A stretch of 33,335 nt of DNA from Candidatus Micrarchaeota archaeon (GTDB lineage: Archaea; Micrarchaeota; Micrarchaeia; Anstonellales; Bilamarchaeaceae), in the NCBI GenBank assembly GCA_018304385.1, contig JAGVWJ010000001.1:4750-38084 (forward strand), given 5' to 3'. Within the stretch, counting starts at the first letter, position 1; the number at the start of each line of letters is the position of its first letter. The notes under the pieces are model-generated. The model made no database searches, was not told where the DNA came from, and was given only the letters and a program-made list of their open reading frames with translations. Made by a program: the position numbers and the translations under genes. Positions 1-8,084 of the stretch are shown in pieces.

Positions 1-657
1 ATAAGATCCCAGGCATTTAATATGCATAAAGGTGGAGACGATGTTGCAGTTTCGGTACTTACCGCAGAGGGTCTGGATGTAAATGTAGATGTTAGCGTTA
101 TCTATCATCTTGAACGAGGCAAATCCGCAGAGATACATAGAAATGTTGGTGAATTATATTCTGATGTTTTGATAAAACCAGTTTCACGTGCTACCGTCCG
201 TGATCTTGTCTCAACGTATAGATCTGAGGATTTATATACAACCGAAAAGCGCGTTACATTGCAAACTACATTGACAGAAAAAATTCGAGAGAGACTAGAA
301 CCTCGTGGAATTGAAATAGAGAACGTACTAATAAGAGATATAGAACTTCCAATACAGGTTAAAAGTTCTATAGAATCTAAAATAACTGCTGAACAGGATG
401 CTAAAAGAATGGAATTTGTGTTACAAAAAGAACAAAAAGAAGCTGAGAGAAAGATTGTAGAAGCAGGCGGTGTTGCAGAAAGCCAGAAAATAATCTCTGC
501 TAGTTTAGATGATAAATTGCTTACTTGGTTCTGGATAAAAAGTTTAGAGAAACAAAATAGCGTAATTTATGTACCGATAGGAGAAAGCGGGTTACCTTTA
601 TTTAAGGATATTGATGCTGTTAAGACACAACCAAAGCCTGTGAGCAATGACAGCTAA
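1..657 (+). CDS. SPFH/band 7/prohibitin family protein, 5'-truncated by the window
   Basis: Frame is open from base 1. Band-7 motifs: T.EGLDVNVDVSVIYH, IENVLIRDIELP, coiled-coil AEQDAKRMEFVLQKEQKEAERKIVEA. Confidence 0.85.
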   Translation: MRSQAFNMHKGGDDVAVSVLTAEGLDVNVDVSVIYHLERGKSAEIHRNVGELYSDVLIKPVSRATVRDLVSTYRSEDLYTTEKRVTLQTTLTEKIRERLEPRGIEIENVLIRDIELPIQVKSSIESKITAEQDAKRMEFVLQKEQKEAERKIVEAGGVAESQKIISASLDDKLLTWFWIKSLEKQNSVIYVPIGESGLPLFKDIDAVKTQPKPVSNDS

Positions 658-705
658 CCACTTCAGAGCAGCCATGTTTTTAAATGTTGTATTATTAATA
701 ACACC

Positions 706-1974
706 ATGGCTTCTGCAGAACCAACTCCTAAAAGATCAATTACAGTATTTACTGTTACTCATCACGGACAGAGAAAATTTGTTGGTCAAATGAGACACAT
801 AGAGCCAACGCGATTCTTCGGACTTTATCCTTTGGTTGATGCATTAAATGATAAACACAGAAGCAATGTTCGTTTGATGGCTCCAGACTTAGTGGATCAT
901 GCGTTTGCTGAAGAAGACCATAGTCGTTTTCATGTATTCCCTTTTGTTGTATACGGTAGTCATCCGGTTAATGCAGTTGTGGCATATGAAAAAGTTGGAG
1001 TGCCATTAGGTAGGGAACTTGTTTTTAGAGAAGGTGAGTTAAGTGCAGTTTTTCCAGTGCCTTCTGATCTTGTTGGCGAAAGAGATATTGGATTAGTTGC
1101 ACCTAGTTTAACAACGAGGGATTTTGCGAAACTTGGAGATGAAACAATACTTACTGTTCCAAGAGAACGAATAATTGTAGTTAGAAGTTTTCCAATTGAA
1201 GATGGTTGGTATCGTCAAAGGGACCCAAGAACAGCAATACCTATTGGCGAGCGAGTTCGAGGGGTTCCAGAAGATGCACGTTCTTGCTGTGGTATAAGAG
1301 TTGATGAGCCAGTCCCAGGTGAGCAACCAGAGCCACACGATCATCAAGAACATATTTTTGATATACCTGGTGCTAGGGCGCTTAGAAGACACGAAGGTCC
1401 ATATGTTGGAGGAATGCTAAGACTTAGTGGCGCTGTTGCACATAATTATGATGATTTTGTTTCTGTAACAGGTGCTTTATCAGAAACATTCACAGCATTC
1501 CCATTTGAGATTCCAGAAGGAGATATAGGTAAACTCGATATAGACTATGTTCGGTTGACAATAAAATTAGGTATTACATTTCAAGAGCTTTCTGAATTAT
1601 TAGCATCTGCTTTTCGAGTTTGGTATGCCTTTTGCAAGGTAAATCAGAATGCTCACAAACATGAAAAAGATGTGCTATGGCAAGCACTTAATCTTGACAT
1701 TTATCACGAACCAAAAGGATGGGGGCACCCCGATCTTTCCTCTCTTCAGTCATTTGAAGGTAGAGAATTAGAACCTAGTTGTGCTAATAACCTCGCTGAG
1801 ATTTTGGCTGACCATGGAAATATCGTTAGCGTAAGAGCTGATATGGAAGCAGCAGAACAAGCACTTGGAGATTTGTTAGGACAATTAGATAGTAGAGTGG
1901 GTGCAGAAGACTTTGCGTCCCTAAGAAGATATATCGCTTTATTAAAGACAGCGAGAATAGAACCGATTCTTTAG
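706..1974 (+). CDS. Hypothetical protein, 422 aa
   Basis: Long ORF with a TTTTTAAA box about 20 nt upstream; no family recognised. Confidence 0.75.
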   Translation: MASAEPTPKRSITVFTVTHHGQRKFVGQMRHIEPTRFFGLYPLVDALNDKHRSNVRLMAPDLVDHAFAEEDHSRFHVFPFVVYGSHPVNAVVAYEKVGVPLGRELVFREGELSAVFPVPSDLVGERDIGLVAPSLTTRDFAKLGDETILTVPRERIIVVRSFPIEDGWYRQRDPRTAIPIGERVRGVPEDARSCCGIRVDEPVPGEQPEPHDHQEHIFDIPGARALRRHEGPYVGGMLRLSGAVAHNYDDFVSVTGALSETFTAFPFEIPEGDIGKLDIDYVRLTIKLGITFQELSELLASAFRVWYAFCKVNQNAHKHEKDVLWQALNLDIYHEPKGWGHPDLSSLQSFEGRELEPSCANNLAEILADHGNIVSVRADMEAAEQALGDLLGQLDSRVGAEDFASLRRYIALLKTARIEPIL

Positions 1975-2003
1975 AATACATTTTTATTTCTTAACTTCAA
2001 ATT

Positions 2004-3692
2004 ATGGCTATGAAACACGACATTCTAATTATAGGTGGAGGGTTAGCTGGGTTGCGAGCAGCTATTGAGCTTAAAGGAAAATGTGATGCAGCAATCTTAT
2101 GCAAAACATATCCTAATGAGGCGCATTCAACTGAAGCGCAAGGCGGAATAAATGCAGCAATAAATCCAAAAGACAATTGGCAAGATCATGCATATGATAC
2201 TGTTTATGGCGGAGATTTTCTTAATGATCAAGATGCAGTAGAAGTTTTATGCAGCGATGCACCGCGAGTAATTAACGAACTAGTTGAATTTGGAGTAAAT
2301 TTTAACAGAACGAAAGAAGGCGAAATAGCACAGAGGCCATTTGGTGCACAAAGATTTAATCGAACTTGTTTTGCAGCTGATCGCACTGGCCATGCGCTTC
2401 TTCATTCTTTATATAAAAAAGCAATTGAACTAGGCATAAATGTTTATAACGAATTTCAAGTAGTCGCACTATCTACAAGCCAAAAGCGAATATCAGGTGT
2501 TATTGCTATTAATCGTGCTAATGGCGAATTTACAGCAATTCAAGCAAAAGCAGTAATACTTGCAACTGGCGGCGCTGGACGAGTATATGGAAAAACAACC
2601 AATCCAGATAACACTGGAGATGGGATTGCAATTGCATACAATGCTGGCGCAGGAATAATGGATATGGAAATGGTTCAATTCCATCCAACAACTATTCGCG
2701 GTACAAATAAATTATTAAGCGAGGCAGCGCGAGGCGAAGGCGCGTATTTAATAAATGCAAAGGGCGAGCGATTCATGAAAAGATACGCGCCTGATAAAAT
2801 GGAACTCGCTTCTAGAGACGTGGTTTCAAGAGCAGAAGCAACTGAAATAATGCAAGGTCGCGGCGTTCTAGGCGATTCTGTTTATTTGGATTTTAGGCAT
2901 TTGGATAAAGAAATTATAATGTCTCGAGTTCCAGATATTAGAAAAAATGCGCTTGATCTTCTTGGTATTGATATTATTCATGATCCTGTACCAGTGCAGC
3001 CTGGTCAGCATTATACAATGGCTGGCATTGCAACAGATGTTGATTGCAAAACAGAAATCGCTGGATTATTTGCTGCTGGAGAATGTGCATGCGTAAGCGT
3101 GCATGGCGCAAATCGCTTGGGTGGGAATTCCTTAATGGAAACATTGGTTTTTGGAAGAAGAGCAGGAATTAGTGCACTTAATTATGCTAAGAATGCGAGT
3201 TTCGATGCAATAGACGATAAACTGCTAAAACAGGAAGAATTACGCGCGAAGAAATGGACCGATAACTCAAAGAAAAGCGAGTTAATGCCTCGAGATATTA
3301 GATTAAAAATGGGAAAAATAATGGATGATTTTGTTGGCCCATTTAGAGATGCAAAAATGCTTGAAACAGCTAGAAAAGAAATTGCGAAATTGAAAAAAGA
3401 TTTTGAAAATGTGGCAGTAACAGAGCATAGTGATGTTTTCAATGCTGAATTGCAAGCTGCTTATGAAGTTTCGTTTATGCTTGAATTGGCTGAATGCGTA
3501 GTTGCAAGTGCAATGCATAGAACAGAATCGCGAGGCGCGCATACGCGTACTGATTATCCAAAGAGGGATGATAAATGGTTGAAGCATATATTATGCTATT
3601 GCAATGGGCCTTCAGCAATGAACCATGGGCCACGATTGGCGTATCGCGATGTTAAAATAACTAAATGGAAGCCTGTTGAGAGGAAATACTAG
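2004..3692 (+). CDS. sdhA: Succinate dehydrogenase/fumarate reductase flavoprotein subunit
   Basis: GGGLAG FAD motif, AHSTEAQGG (covalent His), QFHPT, ELASRDVVSR, HYTMAG, HGANRLGGNSL, ESRGAH. Confidence 0.92.
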   Translation: MAMKHDILIIGGGLAGLRAAIELKGKCDAAILCKTYPNEAHSTEAQGGINAAINPKDNWQDHAYDTVYGGDFLNDQDAVEVLCSDAPRVINELVEFGVNFNRTKEGEIAQRPFGAQRFNRTCFAADRTGHALLHSLYKKAIELGINVYNEFQVVALSTSQKRISGVIAINRANGEFTAIQAKAVILATGGAGRVYGKTTNPDNTGDGIAIAYNAGAGIMDMEMVQFHPTTIRGTNKLLSEAARGEGAYLINAKGERFMKRYAPDKMELASRDVVSRAEATEIMQGRGVLGDSVYLDFRHLDKEIIMSRVPDIRKNALDLLGIDIIHDPVPVQPGQHYTMAGIATDVDCKTEIAGLFAAGECACVSVHGANRLGGNSLMETLVFGRRAGISALNYAKNASFDAIDDKLLKQEELRAKKWTDNSKKSELMPRDIRLKMGKIMDDFVGPFRDAKMLETARKEIAKLKKDFENVAVTEHSDVFNAELQAAYEVSFMLELAECVVASAMHRTESRGAHTRTDYPKRDDKWLKHILCYCNGPSAMNHGPRLAYRDVKITKWKPVERKY

Positions 3693-5053
3693 TAATCCAG
3701 CGTAGTATACAAAGGAAACTTCTTACAAAATTCCATTACTTCTTTTTTCACTTGCGCAATAATCACATTGTTTCTAATCTCAGAACGGAAATCATCTAAA
3801 TATTCCTTTATTTTTGTTTTATCTTCTGGCAAGCTATATTTACTAGCAACCTCTTTTATTATTCGAGCGAGCCATTCTGCAACATGCTCCATTTCTTTTT
3901 CCATTAATCCGCGCGTAGTAATTGCAGGCGTACCTAAGCGCACTCCGCTAGGGTAAAATGGAGAAGAAGGATCTGCTGGAATGGTATTTTTATTTAAGGT
4001 TATATGCGCGAGATCCAAAGCCTCTTGTACAAATACACCTTTTCCTTTTCCATAAGGTGTAAGGTCAATAAGCAACATGTGATTATCTGTACCATTAGTT
4101 ACTAGTTTGATATCTCGTTGCATTAATTCCTCAGCAAGCGCTTTCGCATTTTTTACAATCTGTTTAGCATATTCTTTAAATTCTGGTTTCATTGCCTCGC
4201 CAAGCGTAACAGCAATCGCAGCAGTCTGATGGTCATGCGGTCCGCCTTGCAATCCTGGAAATACTGCCTTATCTAATTTATCAGCTAGTTCTGGATCTTT
4301 ATCTAAACCGCGTTGCGTAACCATTACCATTGCGCCGCGAGGACCGCGCAATGTTTTATGCGTTGTAGTAGTTACAATATGTGCATAAGGTACTGGACTT
4401 TTATGTGCACCGCCAATAACTAATCCAGATATATGTGCAATGTCTGCTGCAAAGTAAGCACCAACCTCATCAGCAATCTTTCCAATCTCTTCAAATGGAA
4501 ACTCTCTCGTATACGCAGTTGCACCGCACCAAATCAGCTTCGGCTTGTTTTCGATTGCCAGTTTCCTTATCTCCTCCAAATCCAAGTAACCATCTGCCTT
4601 AACATGATAAGGAACACTTTTGTAGAATAGACCTGAGAAATTAACTTTCCACCCATGTGTTAAATGTCCACCATCAGGCAAATTCTGGCCCATAACAACA
4701 TCACCAGGTTTGCACGTTGCCAAATATACTGCCATGTTTGCCGGGCTACCAGAATAGCATTGTACATTTGCATGCGGAACACCAAATAATTTCTTTGCTC
4801 TCTCGATCGCAAGCATCTCAACTTCATCAACGTTTTCATTTCCACCATAATATCTTTTCTTTGGATACCCCTCAGAATATTTATTAGTAAATACTGACCC
4901 AAGTGCATTGAGAACCGCTAAACTAACAACATTTTCAGATGGAATAAGCTCTAAGCCGTTGCTCATTCGCTCTATCTCATGTCGAATAATTGCAGAAACT
5001 TCCGAATCTGTTTTTTTAACTGAGTCATTGAAAAAAGTTTTCAAATTAGACAT
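3689..5053 (-). CDS. glyA: Serine hydroxymethyltransferase (bacterial-type motifs)
   Basis: NKYSEGYP..RYYGG, GGHLTHG, TTTTHKTLRGPRG (PLP Lys), LQGGPH. SD-like GGAGG upstream. Confidence 0.97.
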   Translation of the reverse strand: MSNLKTFFNDSVKKTDSEVSAIIRHEIERMSNGLELIPSENVVSLAVLNALGSVFTNKYSEGYPKKRYYGGNENVDEVEMLAIERAKKLFGVPHANVQCYSGSPANMAVYLATCKPGDVVMGQNLPDGGHLTHGWKVNFSGLFYKSVPYHVKADGYLDLEEIRKLAIENKPKLIWCGATAYTREFPFEEIGKIADEVGAYFAADIAHISGLVIGGAHKSPVPYAHIVTTTTHKTLRGPRGAMVMVTQRGLDKDPELADKLDKAVFPGLQGGPHDHQTAAIAVTLGEAMKPEFKEYAKQIVKNAKALAEELMQRDIKLVTNGTDNHMLLIDLTPYGKGKGVFVQEALDLAHITLNKNTIPADPSSPFYPSGVRLGTPAITTRGLMEKEMEHVAEWLARIIKEVASKYSLPEDKTKIKEYLDDFRSEIRNNVIIAQVKKEVMEFCKKFPLYTTLDY

Positions 5054-5132
5054 ATAAAATCAACCCTCCATTTTCATTATACAAATAACAATTAAATATG
5101 TTCCTGATTAAGAATAGTTTGGGTGGATTTAT

Positions 5133-5627
5133 ATGACATTAGTTGGAAAAAAAGCACCTGATTTTGAGTTAGATGGAAACTTGAACGGAGAGGTAAAGAA
5201 ATTCAAACTAAGCGATTTTAGTGGCTGGAAGATTTTAATCTTTTTTCCTCGTGCATTTACTGGGGTTTGCCAAAGCGAAGTAAAAGGTTTTTCAGATGAA
5301 ATTGAAAAATTTAAGGCAAAAGCAGCGCAATTAATCGCGATATCTACTGACAGCCCATATGTGCATAAGGCATGGATACAAAAAGACATATCAACATTAC
5401 AATTCCCACTTTTAGCAGATGTTACTCAAGGTGTTTCGCGTGATTATGGTGTACTAGCAGACAACGGTGCTGCGCTACGAGGAACATTTGTAATAAATCC
5501 AGACGGAATCATAGTACACGAGAGTGTTAACTTTTTCCCAATAGGAAGAAATAGCGAAGAGGTCTATAGATTGCTCTGCGCCTCCCAAAGTGGCAAATCC
5601 TGCAACTTAAATTGGAAACCAGAGTAG
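5133..5627 (+). CDS. Peroxiredoxin (AhpC/TSA family)
   Basis: FFPRAFTGVCQSE peroxidatic Cys region, ISTDSPYVHKAW, RGTFVINPDG, GRNSEEVYR. Confidence 0.9.
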   Translation: MTLVGKKAPDFELDGNLNGEVKKFKLSDFSGWKILIFFPRAFTGVCQSEVKGFSDEIEKFKAKAAQLIAISTDSPYVHKAWIQKDISTLQFPLLADVTQGVSRDYGVLADNGAALRGTFVINPDGIIVHESVNFFPIGRNSEEVYRLLCASQSGKSCNLNWKPE

Positions 5628-5680
5628 TTTTAATTTGTTCTTATTCTAATATTTATTTTAATTACGCCGAGATCGCATAA

Positions 5681-5698
5681 TACGATTTTTGTGTGCAA
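5681..5698 (+). other. tRNA intron, position 15/16 (18 nt)
   Basis: Central helix GCAU/GUGC, bulges AA|U and AA|C, inner stem ACG/UGU. Confidence 0.8.
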
Positions 5699-5721
5699 CC
5701 TGGTAGTGCGCACGCCTGGAA

Positions 5722-5802
5722 TTGTACCTTTTGAAAAAAGGCACCCCAAAATATTTAGTAAATAGCGTCCCAGTTTTTGGGCGCTTTTTCCTAAAAAGCG
5801 CA
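5722..5802 (+). other. tRNA intron, about position 37/38 (81 nt)
   Basis: Sequence between A37 and A38. It folds into long or alternative hairpins, but I could not resolve a canonical BHB. Confidence 0.7.
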
Positions 5803-5832
5803 AGCGTGTCCCTCGTGGATTGTCGGTTCAAA

Positions 5833-5854
5833 GCCATTTTATTATGGTAGAAAA
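5833..5854 (+). other. tRNA intron in T-loop, about position 59/60 (22 nt)
   Basis: Hairpin GCCAU/AUGGU; relaxed central helix UUCA/AGAA. Boundary can slide within the A run. Confidence 0.75.
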
Positions 5855-5882
5855 TCCGGCTCTCGGCGTTTTTATTTTAAAA

Positions 5883-6059
5883 TTAGTCTACTTCTTTTCC
5901 AATTAGATCAGTTATTTTGCCATTAGGTCCAGCTAATTCTTTTAATTTTTCTAGTGCTCTGCGAGACTCTTCTGTTCCTTTTGCAACAACTACAAAAACA
6001 CGAAATAATTGGCCTTCTGGTTTTCTTGTAATATATAATTTCAGATTATCTACCTTCAG
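5883..6059 (-). other. Possible small ORF (58 codons, CTG start) or gene remnant
   Basis: Stop-free, protein-like frame LKVDNLKLYITRKPEGQLFRVFVVVAKG...KEVD*; GGAG about 10 nt upstream; no ATG/GTG/TTG start. Confidence 0.3.
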
Positions 6060-7356
6060 GATAAGTAATCTCCTTTAATCTGTCTCTTGCATCCGCAAAG
6101 TGATTCTTTGCTGTTGCAAACTCTTCTGCTTCAAATGCTTCTACTGCTTTTTCCATTGCAGCAATAACTGGTTCTAGATATCTATCTGGTGATTTCTTTA
6201 GTTCATCTAATATGAATCTAGGTTTATTTGCATTAATAAATAATTCAAGATAGTCAAGTTTCTCTCTTGCCTTTGCCCTTTCCCCTCTGTTTACAAACCT
6301 ATAAAGCCAGCCATAATGCCCAATTAGATAATCTATCTTTCTTCCATCATCTTTCCTCGCCACGCCAGCTTCGAAAACTGCAATTGCATCTTCTGCCCCT
6401 TTTCGATCTCTTCCGTTTACTCTAAACAAACTATTATTTGCTTTTATATACCTTAAAATACTTGCCTTTGGTTTCCTTTGATCCATCATTTCTTTTATTT
6501 TCTCTAAAACCCTCAATTTATTTTCATCATAAGTTTGGAATTCAAAAACCTGTTCAGCAACTTCTGCAAATTTAGATAACTGTCCAAATACCCATTGATC
6601 ACGTTCTATACGCAAAGCGCATTCTTTCTGATGGTTCCATTCTACTATTCCTGCAATCTGTCTATCACGCCATTGACCAATGCGATTACGTACAGAAGTA
6701 AAAACTGCGCATGCCCTGCTTATTTGCATTTCCCTCTCGCTACCCATTTGCATTTTCTTTGCAGATTCAAGCATTTTTATTGTTGTTTCTAGTCGCGCAA
6801 CAGCAACAATGCATTTAACTGCTACTTGTTTTTTCTCTAAATCTTCCTTTGCGGTTGTAAGTTGGGCTATTGCTTTATTTATCTCACTATCAGTATATCC
6901 CTTAGATTCTGAAATCCATGCATTAAGCGTATCTAATGCTCTAAGAATCGTTTGCTTTGTATCTTCTATCTCTTTTTCATATCCTTCTCTTAAGTGTTTT
7001 AGTGCACGTACTGCAGTTATCACATGCGTGTTGAATCGTACCACCTTACGCGGTATGTCCCATTCTTTAATTCGTCCCTCAACATCCTGCCAACGTTCGT
7101 GAGCTAGTCTTTCCCTGTCTTCTCGCTTAAATCCCATTCTTACGTACCATTTATCAACAATAATCTTGAATGAGTCTAATTTTCTTGTTTCTTTTTGCAT
7201 GCCGTTTTCGTCTCTGCCAATGGCTAGTGCTCCACTTCTTTTCGAATAAGTAGCATGGCGTTCATGCGCCGCATCAAAAGCCCTTCTTCTATCCTTTCCT
7301 CTTTGGTCTTGTACGGATCTAACTACCTGTCCAATTCTTCTGCTAGTGTGAGTCAT
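6046..7356 (-). CDS. Hypothetical helical, basic protein, 436 aa
   Basis: Long ORF. TTTATAAA box (7378-7385) about 22 nt upstream of the ATG suggests leaderless expression. Confidence 0.8.
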   Translation of the reverse strand: MTHTSRRIGQVVRSVQDQRGKDRRRAFDAAHERHATYSKRSGALAIGRDENGMQKETRKLDSFKIIVDKWYVRMGFKREDRERLAHERWQDVEGRIKEWDIPRKVVRFNTHVITAVRALKHLREGYEKEIEDTKQTILRALDTLNAWISESKGYTDSEINKAIAQLTTAKEDLEKKQVAVKCIVAVARLETTIKMLESAKKMQMGSEREMQISRACAVFTSVRNRIGQWRDRQIAGIVEWNHQKECALRIERDQWVFGQLSKFAEVAEQVFEFQTYDENKLRVLEKIKEMMDQRKPKASILRYIKANNSLFRVNGRDRKGAEDAIAVFEAGVARKDDGRKIDYLIGHYGWLYRFVNRGERAKAREKLDYLELFINANKPRFILDELKKSPDRYLEPVIAAMEKAVEAFEAEEFATAKNHFADARDRLKEITYPEGR

Positions 7357-7388
7357 AAAGATTTTTTGTGGGTTTTGGTTTATAAATG

Positions 7389-7889
7389 TTACTTTATTAA
7401 GATGCTCTCTGCAAACTTCAGTTCCTTCAGTTTTTTTATTACTTTGGCGCTAAGTTTTCCATCTATTATTATACTAAGTACTGGATCAGGGAATAAATCC
7501 GGGTCATCGCTAATTATCTGTCGAATTACTATCCCGTTATCAGCTAATATCTTAGTAACTGCTGCAATTATTCCTTTACCCTTTGGATTCGCTCGAATTT
7601 CTATTGCATCAAATCCCAATTCTTTCGCTGCATTTGCAATAAATGCACGCGATTCAAGCCGATAAAATATCTGCAATAGCTTATCATCATTTGCAATTGC
7701 CTTAGCTGTATCAATTACTACTCTGCGGTCAACACCTATTGCACGTGCAATTTTTGCTGGTGGAAGCTCAATTTTGCCAACATAAATCTTGCCTTTTCCA
7801 TCTACCTTCAATCCTAAGCGCAAGAATTCTGTTGCAACTATCTTGCGGCCTCGCGCATGTTCAAAAAACCTTTCAAGCATTTTTAACAT
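7389..7889 (-). CDS. trpY: TrpY-like HTH + ACT domain regulator of amino acid metabolism
   Basis: HTH-like PPAKIARAIGVDRRVV, C-terminal ACT-like GIIAAVTKILADNGIVIRQIISDDP, divergent from trpE. Start placed at MLKMLERFF, about 25 nt from TTTAAA 7914-7919; alternative starts 7898 and 7880. Confidence 0.75.
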   Translation of the reverse strand: MLKMLERFFEHARGRKIVATEFLRLGLKVDGKGKIYVGKIELPPAKIARAIGVDRRVVIDTAKAIANDDKLLQIFYRLESRAFIANAAKELGFDAIEIRANPKGKGIIAAVTKILADNGIVIRQIISDDPDLFPDPVLSIIIDGKLSAKVIKKLKELKFAESILIK

Positions 7890-7890
7890 A

Positions 7891-7928
7891 ATGTACATTT
7901 TTATACATAAAGGTTTAAATAGATACAT
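7891..7928. promoter_or_regulatory. Divergent trpY/trpE promoter with TRP-box-like sites
   Basis: TGTACA 7892-7897, TATACA 7902-7907 and GATACA 7922-7927 flank the TATA-like TTTAAA at 7914-7919. Confidence 0.6.
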
Positions 7929-7958
7929 TGTGCTGCTATCAGCATTGAGCCATGGGCC

Positions 7959-8084
7959 ATGGGCATTTGGTTCGATAAAAAGGTGAAACACATGGAAAAG
8001 GATGTTCTTTGGATTACACAGTATAAATTTGGAATTACAAATATCCCCAGTAGACTTATTCTCAGTGCTTTCAGAGCATTGTGA
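7959..8084 (+). other. Candidate upstream ORF overlapping the trpE start (41 aa, 2 Trp)
   Basis: MGIWFDKKVKHMEKDVLWITQYKFGITNIPSRLILSAFRAL*. The in-frame ATG at 7992 sits 5 nt after SD AGGTGA and is out of frame with trpE. Confidence 0.35.

Larger units (their letters stand above)
5666..5868 (+). tRNA. tRNA-Ser(GGA) with three introns; 82 nt mature, CCA not encoded
   Basis: Acceptor GCCGAGA/TCTCGGC+G73, D-stem GCA/TGC, anticodon stem CACGC/GCGTG with loop CT-GGA-AA, long variable arm, T-stem GTCGG/CCGGC with TTCAAAT. The cloverleaf closes only after removing 5681-5698, 5722-5802 and 5833-5854. Confidence 0.9.

Noticed and set aside
3604-3629. BHB-like motif in sdhA (AUGG/CCAU)
   Set aside because: Excision would remove 19 nt and destroy the conserved ERKY terminus; likely a by-product of the CCATGG palindrome.
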